A DNA stretch of 64,000 bases. It comes from Microbotryum violaceum (lineage: Eukaryota). How positions within the stretch are numbered: the first letter of the stretch is position 1; every line of letters begins with the position of its first letter. Location: the NCBI GenBank assembly GCA_001244265.2, contig CDLV01000005.1, forward strand, positions 2,232,001 to 2,296,000, read 5' to 3'. Shown here one piece after another: positions 39,401-52,027 of this stretch. A program made the translations under genes and the position numbers. A model generated the notes under the pieces. That model searched no databases. It was given only the letters and a program-made list of their open reading frames with translations, and was not told the DNA's origin.

Positions 39401-39694
39401 AATCGCCAATCAACTTTCCAACCCGAAGAGCCTTACCTGTTCCCCTCGCGCACCCGATCGAAAGAATGGCTAGGCTTGGGCATCGACACGCTCGACTTGA
39501 CGAGTCTCGACATCAACGACCGATTGCAGGACGAAAACCGAGGGCTCAAGTTGGAGAACGCTTTGCTCAAACGCGAGGTTGAGTTCAAGGACGTCGAGTT
39601 GGAGAAGGCGTTGAAGGAGAGTAGGATGTACAGAGCGAAGATGATGCAGGCGTCAAACCTGCAGGACCGTCGCCGCCCTGCGTTGCCTCGGTGA
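36442..39694 (+). CDS. CAMK-group Ser/Thr kinase, Nim1/Gin4/Hsl1-like, with disordered C-tail and terminal coiled coil
   Basis: IGSGESGKVRL, ALKMV, IAHRDIK|LENL, KLGDLG, TSCGSPHYAAPE, DVWSSGVVLY, LPFDNDNI; about 8 introns. Confidence 0.9.
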
Positions 39695-39906
39695 AAAATA
39701 GACCATGACATTCCACCATGCAGTGACGTTTTTGCTTCGAAATGCACAGAAATTATACAATTTACTTTAACGATGATGTGTGCCGAGTTCTGACTCTTGC
39801 AGTAACCCCATCTGCGTATGAGTTAATATGTTACAAACAACAAATAAGTGCTGGCTAACTCTCATCTACTGCAGCGCAGATATTCGGTAAAAAAACATGC
39901 CAAGTC

Positions 39907-41249
39907 CTACCGTCGACACTTCTGAGCCGAAGGAGGCATTCCCCACTCGTCCAGGGCATCCTCCTCTTCTTCTTCCGACTCCTCGCCTAGATCCAATCTC
40001 CCCGGCTGCGCGTTCTCAATAACCCAAGGTGACGAAGACGACAGCACGACCGTCTCTACCTTGTCCCTATCCTTCTCCTTGATCAGGCCCTTTGGAGGTG
40101 GTAGCCTCGGCAAAGCCTCCGTGGGTGCGGCCGATGGAGGAGGGAGATCATGACAAGTCTCGAACGCAGAGGGATGGTTCAAGCTGCGCCGCGGGATGCT
40201 CTTCTTCGTCTCCTTTGATCGTTTGAGCTCGATCTCCCCATCGTCATCGAGGATGATCGTTCGACTGTCTTCATTCGCGTAGTAATCCATTACCGAGCTT
40301 TGCGTCTATGATCATCACTGCCTCATTCAGCGAGCTTTCCCAGAGCTTTCGGGATCTAGGCGAAGAACTCCTCACCTCAGCAAAAATAGGAGCCGCATAA
40401 TCCGCTTCCCTCAACCTCTTCCCACAGCGCACGGATTCGATCGCCCATTGGACGGTGACGTATTTGATTCTGTTGCATTTTTTGGTCAATACGCGTTGGA
40501 GTTTGGATCCGGAGAGGTTAGAGACAAAGGCGTGGGTCACAGCGGCGGATTCGATGAGTCTGTTGGTGTGGTTCGGGTGTGGAATTTGATTAGTGAGAGC
40601 CAGCGAGGGAAGCAAGATGTGCAGATACTCGTACTTCATCGTTCCTCCATTCTCGTATATGAGCCTCTTGAGTTGTTGATTCGTGATGCTTTTGCCTGTC
40701 CAGTCCAAGGCATCGTACGATATTCAGAAGCTGGAATCAGGAGGTGGAGTCAAGGAAGCCACAGTAGCATGAACTGACCCGCCAGGCCATTAATATAAAA
40801 CACAAGGCCCTTGAAGAGATCACTTTCTGCATCCGGTGCTTGGTTCTTGAGTTTGATATTACGGTGGACCCTCCATTTCGTAGACCCCCCTGGCCCACCG
40901 CCACCTGATTGATGCCCCGAGGCGACACTCTGTTTGGGCAAGCAGAACAAGTCAGATTCCGATCATGGGGAATCCAAATGCTATCATCTCTTGCCTGAAT
41001 ATGTAACGTGCGACTATACGCCGTCGAATTCGTGATCGCAGATTCGTCGGTACCGAGTTGTTTCAACAGCGGCGCATTGGTGGCCTTGATCCCGCCCGCG
41101 AGCAAAGCGTTCGACTGGATGCTGCCAGCCTTCGCGGTCGGGGTCGAGGTTGTAGCTTGAGCTGCCGCATTAGAAGCTACGGTCGGTCTTCCTTCGAGCT
41201 GTCGTTGCTTGGGACGTTTCTTTCGAGTGGAGCTGTGGGGGAAGATCAT
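39907..41249 (-). CDS. Stand-alone BRCT-domain protein (Rev1-type BRCT)
   Basis: VASGHQ, LFKGLVFYING, LKRLIYENGG, VTHAFVSNLSGSK, YVTVQWAIESVRCGKRLREADY; spliced. Confidence 0.78.
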
Positions 41250-42364
41250 GGCGGTCAGTTAATCGGCTACGGCCGGGGTTCGTGCTCGAATCCAGTCCCA
41301 GATCGGAAGACGGAAAGCGGAGAGGGGCGATCAATGCGGTTGGCACGTACCTCGACTTGTTCACGGCCAATGAGGCTTTGCTCTTGGTAAGATATGCATC
41401 CATCACCGAAGCATTGAACTGGCCGCGCTAGGTGGGTGAGAAGTGAGGCGGAAACCGATCCCACTAACTGGAGCGAGGCCGGGGGAGACAGGTTGAGATC
41501 GCTCAACGTTGAGCTCGGCGCGTCCCAATTCAGGCCAACGCCTACGCGAAGTCAATCAGCGTAAATTGGGTCAACGTCAGACTGGTGGGTAAGTGGGTTG
41601 GTTCACTATTGAACGGTATTTAATATGAGCGGTTCACTAGAATCCAGAACAAAACTCGGTTCCTACCAGCTTCCTACGAAGAGCATTCCAGATCTTGGCT
41701 CGGCGCGCCAAGGCGTTCGAGAGGTCCGTGCGAGTGGGGGACGTGATGAAGCGATTTCGCACTCGAGTGCATAGCCGCCGCGGTTGCACCTCCGATACCG
41801 CCTACCCACACATCGCACAGTCTCGCTATAGTCACCACCCTAGCACCCTCGGCCGACACTCAGGAGTCCCAGTCGCCGCACATATCCGCCTACAGAGCCA
41901 CTCACCACCGTCCGATTGAAGCGTGTCGCGCAACATCCCCTTCACCCGCTCGCTCGGCCGTGCCAAGTTGATCTCCTCAAGGCCTCATCGATCTCCGACC
42001 CCGCGACTGAACGCCCTAGCGCACGACGACCATGTACGCCGCCATTTGACGCCGCTCAGTTGCTCAGTTGCTCATCGCAGACCACTGATCGATGCTCTGA
42101 CTTGCACAGGGTCTCTCTACGCCTCAACAACTCGCCCCGTGTGCCCTCGTTCGCGGGTCCGATCGCGCTCGCAGCCGGTGCGTTGCTCGACACCAAACAG
42201 CGACCACCTGGGGCAGCCCAAGCGGCGGGAACGAACACCGCGTCCCCGTGCGGCTGCAGCTCCCCGCACATCGGCTGACTCTTTTGGCGTCGAAATCACA
42301 CCGTACAGGTCTGCTCTCGGTCATCTGCTTCTCTGAGCCCATCTGGTGCGTTCATCATCTCACT

Positions 42365-42480
42365 TCGCATCGTCGCATCATCGCATCGTCGCCCGGATCG
42401 CATCGTCGCATCATCGCATCGTCGCATCATCGCATCATCGCATCGTCGCATCATCGCATCGTCGCCCGGATCGCATCGCG
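42365..42480. repeat. 8-bp minisatellite (cgcatcat/cgcatcgt) interrupted twice by cgcccgga
   Basis: Direct reading of tandem units. Confidence 0.9.
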
Positions 42481-44321
42481 CTGCGGCGGGCAAACACTCG
42501 GCGCGCCGACGCCGACACACCCGACACCCGACGACGTCCGCGCCGCGCCGCGTCCCAACCGAACCACGAACTCCCGTCATCTATGCCGAACGTCCACCGC
42601 TGACGTGCTCGGCTCATCATCAACCACAGGCAAAACTTTTTCATTCTCAAATGCGATACTCAGAACGTCACCATGAAGGCCGGAGCTTGGGGTGTATGCA
42701 CAAAGCTGAGGGTTAGTCAATAGATTCGAACCGGACTCCGTCGTCACACGTGCCCTTTTGCCCACTAGGGATCGGACGACGTGTCAAAAGGGCGAGGACT
42801 GACACGGTGGCGCGTGTTCTACTAATACAGAACTCGACTGGAATTGTCGGTCCTATCGAATGGGTTAGTTGAGCACCGTGCCCCGACCGACCGCCGCATG
42901 CCCGAGATTGACCCTGGAAACTGTCTGGCTCGTGACCCTCGCTCCGCAGTGCACATCCAAGAAATCAGGCTACAGTCTCAACTTTGTCACCAACTCCTCA
43001 GGCGTCAACAACTGGGTCAGTGCTCAGCCGCGCATCTGACCGAGCCGTGAGAATTTCTGCGACTGAAAACTCCTCTCCACCACGTTCCCTCTCAGCCGAC
43101 TTTTTTGCAAAACCCCAACGTTTCGACCCCCACTCCCATCGATGAGAACGTCTTGCTCGGATTGGCTGGCAACGGAGGCGTCACCGTCTTGACCTCGGGC
43201 CAGACCAGCTTGATGTGGCTTCAAGTCGTCAGTGAGTGTCGCCTGCTCCACCGCTGACCTCCTCTTCGCACCGTCTCACCCGAATAATCGCCGCTCACGC
43301 CTTTCCTTGCCTGAACAGCTGCCATCTCGGTCGTTTCGACTGTTGCTTCGCTCGCCTGCCCGCCTTCCTACCTCGGCTCGCCCCAGTCGCGACTGTTTGC
43401 TTTCCAGAAATCGGGTATCCTCCCGATCCTGCTCGCGCTCATAACGTTCGTTCTGGCTGTCGTCACCTTCTTCGTTACCCTCTCCGTCTCGATGTCGGGG
43501 AGGAACCGATTGAACGCGATTGGCGGTGGTGTCAACGCCGGATTGGTCAGTCGACGGGATGCTCTTCCATGCGTGCAGAATTCTTTAATTGACCCTGTCC
43601 TCTCCCTTCCTTCGCTTTTCATCCAGGGCAACACCATCTGGTTCACACTAGCATCCAGCATCGTCATGATTCCTGCCATTTGCTCCGTGGTGCGTACTGG
43701 GCTCGTCATGGGCTCTACAGGTGTGAGATCACGTGAGCTGATATCCCCCCCGCCCGTCAGCTAATGCGTTCGTCGCCGAACGAGTACCAAGATCTAGTAG
43801 GTTGACCTACACGACAGGAGCATCTTTGATCATTCTGATTGACGATCTCATATATTCCCTTCGCAGTGATCGTTGCGTGAAAACTCCGCTCGGTTCGCGG
43901 CAAATCGTGTCGTATCGGTCTTGCCCGCGTCAAAGACCATCATCACATGGACATTTTCTTTCTGCTTCTCCCTTTTCTGGATTGCGTATTCCGCGCCTTC
44001 GCTCAGTGTCACCAGTAGATAGGATTCCCCGCAACGTCGTCCTTCTTCCATTCCGGGCTGGACTTTTCGACCCCATCGATTGGCGTAGATTTTCTGCATA
44101 CTCGTTCGCTTCTCTTTCTTTCTTTGTTTTTGAAGACAGTTCTTCCTTCCCTTACATTTTGCAAACGAACCCCTTGACGACATACAACACCCATACATTC
44201 CCCATGTTTTACCTGGTTGAAAGGCTCGCTGGGGGATGTAGGCCTGCGCTCTCGGTCGTGCTCTCTCACTCCTGCCGGTGTGATTTCGAGCTGAGCAAGT
44301 CGGCACGACCCAACGACGAAC

Positions 44322-45449
44322 ATGGCTTCGAAACGGGATTCGTCGGCGTCGTCGTCGATCCGTGACTCGCTCACGTCGGCCTCACGCTTCTCGTCGTTGC
44401 TATCGTCCTCATCAACGTCAAGTCTGACGACGATCAGCTCGTCTTCAACTGCGACGGCCGGAGGTGGGGGTGTCGTTCCCGGGGGTGGTTCATCGAGTAA
44501 CAACAACGGCGGCTCATCACGCGTCACTTCCATGTCGGGCACCCCAAGTAGTGGTGGTCTATCCTCCTTTGCGATCGGTCTTCCTTCCCTCCCCTCCGTC
44601 CCAGGTCTGGGCAGTTCGTCCTCTTCGAACGTCAATGGAACCAGCTCAAACGTAGGAGCTTACGGATCCAATGGTAGTCCCTTTACGGCGACTCGACGCA
44701 TGACGCTCATCTACGATCGACCTATCACCAAGACTCGAGGTAGCGAGATCAGTCTCGGCGCTTGGAGTTATTTGTTGGCCGAGATCGTGCAGTATACCCA
44801 GAAGCGGGTTAGCGGTATTGGCGAGTTTGAAAAGAGGCGAGTCCCCCCATTTTATGGTTTTATGGAGTTAAGATACCCAAAGACTTACGCGCAAGTTGAA
44901 ACTATATTCCAAAGACTGAATATCCTGGGTTACCGGATCGGCGTACGACTCCTCGAGCTCCTACCTCTACGCGATCATCTGTATCCCCTCTCCTCCTTGC
45001 GTTCATCACCGCCTCCGAGCCGAACGCTCCGACTGCTCCCGATCCTAACCTACGTCCACTCGATCGTCTATCGGTACCTATTCAACCGACCGGCCGATTC
45101 ATTGGAACGTTCAACTGAGAATAGCGACGAATACATGATCGGGGACAACGATATGGTGCTGACGAGGAACATCGAGGTGCCCAAGGAGATGAGCGAATTG
45201 AGTTGTGCGGCGTTGGTCGCCGGGATCATCGAAGCCGTTTTGGATGGCGCAGGTTTTGTGAGTTCCTAGGAGCGACGATGAAGGAACAAGAGGGGGGTTT
45301 GTACTGAGGTGGGAATTGGATTTGTTCAATAGCCGTCTAGGGTAACCGCTCATTCGGTGCCGACGTTGGCCCATCCGAGAAAGACGGTGATTTTGATCAA
45401 GCTCGCTCCCGAGGTCTTGAAGAGGGAAGCGGCGTTGGATGGCAAGTAG
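44322..45449 (+). CDS. TRS31: TRAPP complex subunit Trs31 (TRAPPC5)
   Basis: IYDRPITKTRGSEISL, EIVQYTQKRVSGIGEFEKRLNILGYRIG, LSCAALVAGIIEAVLDGAGFPSRVTAH, TVILIK. Introns 44837-44914 (GC-AG) and 45258-45332. Confidence 0.93.
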
Positions 45450-46643
45450 GGAAGAAGAACCTGTTTGTGTGTTTGTTTTTGTAACGAGTGTATGTAAGAA
45501 TTGGTTTGCGGAGAGCAGCGTTTCAATTCAGAGCGAAATTATTTCGTCGGACTCTTTGACAGGCGAAAATTATGTGAGACGGGGGAGGTCCGATTCGATA
45601 TGATACAACATCAAGGTGCAATTCCTACAAACGCTCGAAAAAGAAGTTTACTTTCGACCCCCGTCCTCGAAGGTGCTAATGATCCCCACTCGTGGACCTA
45701 TACTTGTCCGTCATGAGCTCCATTCCTCCAACGCCTCCTTCGTGGCGATTCAAATCCCACGCTTGTTCGGGCGCGGTCCCGTCGGCTGGGGATCCCTCAG
45801 AGGTGGTTTCGGCTAGACGGGCTCGGAGCGCGAGACGAGATTGTTGGGCTTGGTGGAGATAGATGGAGAGGGAGTGGCCGGTCATGAGGTAGCTGGAATG
45901 GGAAGGGAACGAGGAAGGAGGGAGGGGGTTTTAGTAGTTGCTGATTGCCTGTGCCTGTGCGGCAGGAGAAATGTCGACTCGCCCTACGCCTACTCCAGCA
46001 CTACATAGGTAAAAATGTTTCGCAGTTCAATTATGATGGTCAGACAAAAGTGTTCGGTGCGACGGTAGCTGAGTCGGAGCTTCGGTTTTGTGCTCAAGTG
46101 GGGGTTGACCGGTCCAACTCACATCAGTCCACTCAACAGACTGGCATTCCTTCCCTGCTTGAGCAGACGGGTCGAGATTTGACTCGCCAAGAAAGCGGCT
46201 GCTGCACCGGAAGCGATTCCCTTGTGGTGGGTTCAAAGTAGCACGCAATCATCAGCGGGTCGTGGGGCGGCTTGCGGAGCTGAGGTCAAGCTGAGGTCAG
46301 AACTTGGTGACGTACATCGATCTGAGCGCGACGGTTCGCATCGCCGATTTCGTCAAAACTGAGCTTGGCCGGGTCTTGAGTGGCGGGGGGAGGAGGAATT
46401 GTGCAAGTGGGCTCGTTTGTGGGGGTGGCCATGGTGCGAGTCTGGGATAGGGAAGGTGCAAGAGAGGAGGTCAGAGTGAATTAGCAGCGAGCGCGACCTG
46501 TATGGGGGCGGTCGTTAGCGGTCGTTGACTGTCGTTGATGGCGATCGCAGCCTGCAGCAGTGATATCGCAGCCGACGGGTGAGCGCGCGCTCAGCTCCGC
46601 TGCTCCGTCCCCACCACACGACCAAGCGGGGCAAGTGCAGCAG

Positions 46644-48312
46644 ATGTTGGCGCGATCAAGATCGACACTACAGCACCCACGATGCTCGCTCTGCGTCTCC
46701 ACCCCGCAACGAGCAGCGTACCATCCTTCGCTGCCTCGGTGCCAAAGGTGAGTCGACCGCCCCGCCGTGCGAAGCAGCAGCTCGTCGTCGCGGTCGCGGT
46801 CGGGAACTGACGCCAACTCCATCGTACTACAGGGATGATCATGATGGAGAACGTTCATCAAACTCACCTTATGTCTTTACAAAGTTGACCGACGCTTTAC
46901 CCTCCACGACGACCACCGAGACCTCCTCAACGACGTTACCGACCCCCACCACCCCGTCCGCCGCGGGCGCTTCCCCCTCGACCTCGAGCTCATCGTCGAC
47001 CTCTTCCTCGCTCTTCTCGTCCCCGCTGAACCGATTCCCGGTTCGATCGAGCGAGCTCTCGACGTCCAGAAGACCGCAACGCCAGACCCTCACTTCGACC
47101 GAAGCCGCCACTTTTGCCGACTTGCTCTCTCAGCTCCTGCCAACTTCGGCTACCAACTCGGCCGCCAGCGCGAAGGACAAGACCCAACCGGTTCCGTCTG
47201 CATCGGCTTCTTCAAAGTCGACTTCACCCTTTGCACCTTTTCTCGATCGAGCTCTGCCCAACAGCAGCGACCCAAAGACCGAGCGAGCTGGCCGTAGCGG
47301 CGGTTTGCAAGCCGTTCGGGATGCGCTCGATCGCAAGACGGCGAAAAGAATCGCCTCGTGGGAACGTCGAACTCGATCCTCGTTCGAAACGGGCGCGTCC
47401 TCGTCCGCGGGCTTGGGAGCGCTCTCGATACAAGAATACGATCGCTTCGATCAGATGAAGGAACAACTCGCGACGACGTGCTCGAACGAGTACGAGGTCT
47501 GGGCATGGGGCGAGGACAACGTCTGGGGACCTCAAGTTGTCGATTCGATCAGCTCGACCCCTCTGTACGCCCATCTCGTTTTGCTCGTCTTTACAACTTT
47601 GCGCGAGGAATACGACAGCCCTTTCACGGCCTTGCAAGTCTTTCACCGCGTATCAACCATCTCGCCCATCTCCTTCGTCCGAGGTTGTGGCGGGGATTTG
47701 TTCAACCAGGTCTTGGAAACGCAGTGGTTGTGCTCGCAGGGGGACATCGCGCTCGTCGCCAAGACGTTGGAAAGGATGCGCTCATCGGGCGTGTTGATGG
47801 ACCACCGCACGAGGGATTTCGTCGCTCGAATCGGGGAAGCGGTACGCATCGATGGCGAACGCGCCGAAGCGAGGGTCCAAACGGGCAAATTCAAAACGAC
47901 CGCAGCGAGTTTGACCCCCGTCGAACGCATCAACCTCGTAGACGAAATCATGGACGACGAGACCTACCTCATCGAACACAAGGCGAGGTACTTTGATGCG
48001 GCTAGGATCGAAGAATGGAACAAGATGGAACGCATCGTGGAGGAGAATTTGAAGGAGGTGGAGGAGAAGAGGAGAAGGGTCGAGGATGAGAAGTGGGACG
48101 CGAGGGAACGGTCGAGGATGAGGCATCAGGCGAGGGAGGTGGAGCAGGCTGAAAGGGAGAGGCCGAGTTTGGTCAATGCGATGGCGAGGGGGAGGGGGGA
48201 TGTGGGTGGGAAGGAGGAGGGGGGTTGGTCCGAACAGTTTTGGAACGGGGAGGTGGTCGGGGGGTGGCACAGAGGGAAGGCGCAACGACCTCCGAACAGG
48301 GGGCCGATTTGA
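46644..48312 (+). CDS. Mitochondrial Mtf2-like protein
   Basis: Arg/Ser-rich presequence exon, intron 46748-46832, then a PPR-like helical region (PFTALQVF..SPISFVRGC..FNQVLETQW..GDI..LERMRSSGV). Confidence 0.7.
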
Positions 48313-48501
48313 GATGAAATATGCTAGATCGTCTTTCGTCGAAGTTATGCACGCCTTTCCGGAGATGGAATAATCTTTTGGTTCTGCAGCTGGGAACCGC
48401 CTGGTTTGTGGTTCAAAGGGAGCCCTGAATCGGAATTGCACTGCTACAACAAGCAAAGACATTCATGATAGGTACACGAAAGACAATATCAAAACCCGCT
48501 C

Positions 48502-48984
48502 TCACAGGCCAAAGTCGATCCTGACACTCGATGCATCGGTCTTGCCCAAACGAAGCACGTAGCTCTTTTTGAGCCAAGCCATGCGGCTCCACGCCGTCGC
48601 CAAGCTCGATTTGGGGAGCAGCATGCTCGACAGGGTCGCACTGGCTGAGGAAGAGGGGGTGACGGATGTATTCGACGTTGAAGATTCGACGAGTTCTTGG
48701 GTTGCGTTCGTCATGCAGGTCGTCATGTTGCTCGGGAGGGTCGTGTTGGACATCAAGGAAGGCAGGGGACTGAACACGTCCCCGGCGTTCATCGAGAGCC
48801 AGCAACGGCAATGCTCAATCATCGACCGACCGTTCGCAGCCGTCGTATAGGTCGTTCCCAAATTAATAAAACAACTCGCCATGACTGTGGCACATGTAAG
48901 GCAGCAAGGAAAACTTGAGTCAGCCAAATGTGCGGTCGGTAAAAGGCTCAGTATCGTCGCCGTCAATCGGACCTTCCGAGACAT
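48502..48984 (-). CDS. Hypothetical protein or gene remnant (Cys- and Ser/Thr-rich)
   Basis: 160-aa open frame. Upstream exon-like pieces contain stops and an 18-bp tandem duplication (49168-49203). Confidence 0.25.
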   Translation of the reverse strand: MSRKVRLTATILSLLPTAHLADSSFPCCLTCATVMASCFINLGTTYTTAANGRSMIEHCRCWLSMNAGDVFSPLPSLMSNTTLPSNMTTCMTNATQELVESSTSNTSVTPSSSASATLSSMLLPKSSLATAWSRMAWLKKSYVLRLGKTDASSVRIDFGL

Positions 48985-50328
48985 GCACGGGGGTCAAGCA
49001 TTTGACTCACACAGCGCAACGAGTAGGGCGGTACAGTAGACGCAGGTTCTATTCGCAGCCATCATCGATACGAGGTACAGGAGCTGCCATAGTGGTGAGG
49101 CCGTCGGGAACGGCAGCAGCGGCAGGAAGGCCCAATATCGCAGACCTACGAAAGCGGCCCATGAGATCACCGGAGTTGATGTTAGCACCGGAGTTGATGT
49201 TAGTCGGTGCCGAGTCCATATGCAAGGGGTACTAGAGCGAAACGAGGGCTTACACCACATTGAAAAGTAAGATCCCCGTGCTGACGGACCAGATCGCAAT
49301 CAGACACCGTCGATGGGGAAAGATTACTTGGAGACGGGGCACGTGATTCAAACGGGCGTGGGGAGAGACATACCGCCTTTTGTATGGGCCGCCTTGTGTC
49401 GTTTTATTCGAGTTGAACACACGCGCGCAAGATTCGCTGATCACGCGATCATGCATGACACGCACGCGGCTGCTTGATGATGTGCACGCTCGACCATGCA
49501 CGCGGCCCGTGCTTCGCCTTCATCGTCCTCATTCTCATCCGACAACGCTGTATGAGACTATCCGACTTCGGGCTCATCAACCATAGATGGTCATAAGAAT
49601 GATCGCCACAACAAGTGTGCCGGCTGCGACGCAATCATCAGGTGTGCCGGTGGCTTAGCTGAGTGAGCTCGTACGAAGCAGTTGCTGCCGACCATCTCGG
49701 ATTCGACTCGTTCAAGCTGCAATAATCCGTGTGAGTAGCCGCTCACAACTACAGCCCCGCCCTCAATCATCACTGGTCGCTTATTGTGCTATGTCGCAAG
49801 CATTATATTCATCCGTGTGATTTTTCCCAAGAAACCCAGTGACGCTCAGGCTGCGATGCATCTCTCGGAGTACTGCTGAGATTGCGCGCTCTAGGGTCTT
49901 TAACCTAGCCTAGACATGCTACTAGACATGCTACTGTTTTGATTCGTACGTGCGGCATTATATTTGCTGCACCTGCTGCCAGCTTAGGAAGCCACAGTCC
50001 ACCCGCGCATCCGCGCACCGAGCATACCCGGGTGCACACGCCCTCCCATGCCGGCGTATTTCATTTAGGAGAGCCGCTCGGGGCTGGTTCAGCTCCTTTG
50101 TTGCGACACACCGGCCGGAAATCGCACCAGTCCTCGCAAAAGTGGCAGAGAGAAAGAGAAAACCCCTCAGCAAAGTTCCCCTCTCGCATCTTTCCCTCCC
50201 GCACCTCTCTCCCCGCCCATCACTAGCAAAGTCGCCAGTATCCCAACCGCTTCCTCCACCATCATGAATCAGCCTGACTCAGGTCCGCCTGTCGAATTGC
50301 AAGATCCTTCAAATGGATCATCGCAGGT

Positions 50329-51653
50329 CACGCCTTGTAAGATCGCCGCTGCTGTTCTTGGCGAAATTGTCCCTGCGTTTGACATTTCGCTCATGCCCAC
50401 GTCTTGTGCACTTTTCAGGCCAAAGCGGCTCCAATGTTCTGCATCCGCCAACAATCACCGGTCCTGTCGTCTCCCAGCACCCGTAAAACGCATACGTCAA
50501 TCAGCCTGTCGCATTCCATTATTCCCACCAACCGCACCTGTTCCCAACGCCGCCCCAGGCGTTCCCGCCTTATCATTCGATGCTTCACCACCAGCCCACG
50601 TCTCATTACCCGCCGTCCCATCCTCTCCACAACCACACATACTTTTCCGCTTCGTTCGCACCAATCCAGCCCCCTTTCGTGCCTGTCTCATGGCTCTCTG
50701 GACGACATCTACGCCTCGGTCGAGCGCTGCAACACTGAATCACAAGTCAAAAGGCGAATCAGGGATAGAGCTCCTACTGTGCTGTGGGGACTTCCAGGTC
50801 AGTGTCGATTAATTGCCATTCGATGCATGTGACGGAACGGCTTCTCCGTTTCATCCACGGGTCCTCTGCAATACTTTGAACACCCCGTCAGAGCCTCGAC
50901 CGGTCACCCGCTATGTCAAACCCGACGATCTTTCAACCGTATGGCTACCCTCTGGGAAGCCAGTCTTCCGCTGCTGCGACTACTTCTGAGGTTCCATCGG
51001 CAAACCCGTTCACCATCGGTGCGCCTCCTCCGCAAGTTCAAGCTCGTGCATTGATTCCTGGACAGGACGGTTCCTTGCCTACTGCTGCGCTTACTCCTCA
51101 CGTCACCTCTGTGCCAACCTCTACTGTGGCATCTACGTCGACCACCCGCTCCCCAACCGACGCGCCGGCCACTGCCGTCTGACCGTGCACAATTCTGAAG
51201 ACCAGCAGCTCGTATTTGCCTTCACTGCCGATCAGCAGCAACCCACGATCGGCCGAGCACAAAGTCACTTCGGGGATCTCGCTGTTCGTTTCCGCGCGCC
51301 TTCGGGGGTGGACTGGATTGGTGCGAACGAAGCGGAAAAGTATGTGTGGTTGTGGAGAGGATGGGACGGCGGGTAATGAGACGTGGGCTGGTGGTGAAGC
51401 ATCGAATGATAAGGCGGGAACGCCTGGGGCGGCGTTGGGAACAGGTGCGGTTGGTGGGAATAATGGAATGCGACAGGCTGATTGACGTATGCGTTGTACG
51501 GGTGCTGGGAGACGACAGGACCGGTGATTGTTGGCGGATGCAGAACATTGGGGCCGCTTTGGCCTGACAAGTGCACAAGACGTGGGCATGAGCGAAATGT
51601 CAAACGCAGGGACAATTTCGCCAAGAACAGCAGCGGCGATCTTACAAGGCGTG
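50329..51653. repeat. 341-bp inverted repeat (arms 50329-50669 and 51313-51653, 643-bp spacer)
   Basis: The arms align as reverse complements with 3 mismatches by eye; the ORF track shows mirrored peptides. Confidence 0.97.
50686..50803 (+). pseudogene. DBR1: Captured N-terminal exon fragment of lariat debranching enzyme DBR1
   Basis: SHGSLDDIYASVERC...(one extra A)...GIELLLCCGDFQ followed by a GTCAGT donor, matching the Dbr1 GCxHGxLDxIY...LLLxCGDFQ pattern. Confidence 0.8.
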
Positions 51654-51963
51654 GCCGCAGTAGTCAGGCGTGCTACGAAGACGGTACGCGACGACACGCC
51701 AAAAAACGAGCCCTCGATCCTTCTAATCGCCAACGAACCTTTTAACCCTCTTTGATGAAAGTTCCAACGCAGATACCCGACACCGTGTTCAAGCCGAGAT
51801 TTCGGATTCGTTGATGCAGTACTAATAGATTCGGTGGGAATCAAGATTCAGCCAACGCCCTGGCAAGCGCGCAACACTCGGGTGCAACCGTCGGTTTGAA
51901 ATTTGGTCGACTCCCTTGTGCATGAAATCGAAAGGAGCTTAGGCGAAGAACTTTCTTGAAGAC

Positions 51964-52027
51964 CACCTTACCGTCACCTTACCGTCACCTTACCGTCATC
52001 TGACCGTCATCTTACCGTCACCTTACC
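51964..52027. repeat. 11-bp tandem repeat (caccttaccgt, about 6 copies)
   Basis: Direct reading; lies at the probable 5' edge of the LINE-like element. Confidence 0.9.

Noticed and set aside
42712-42840. Intron-containing tRNA on the minus strand
   Set aside because: The T-stem does not pair, U33 is missing and acceptor-to-D-arm spacing is wrong.
26988-42866. Exact 17-mer gtcctatcgaatgggtt shared by 26988 and 42850
   Set aside because: One such match is not improbable in 64 kb, both resemble intron 3' ends, and the flanks do not align.
42705-42870. Telomerase RNA (CTAACCC near a pseudoknot)
   Set aside because: Template-like matches are only 7-8 nt, the better one lies on the wrong side of the pseudoknot, and CTAAC is the ordinary branch-point motif.
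45676-45885. 69-aa minus-strand ORF
   Set aside because: No recognisable domain or independent support, so not called as a feature.
51964-52027. Short repeats here, at 42365 and at 14906 as CRISPR-like arrays
   Set aside because: Head-to-tail units without unique spacers, in eukaryotic DNA.
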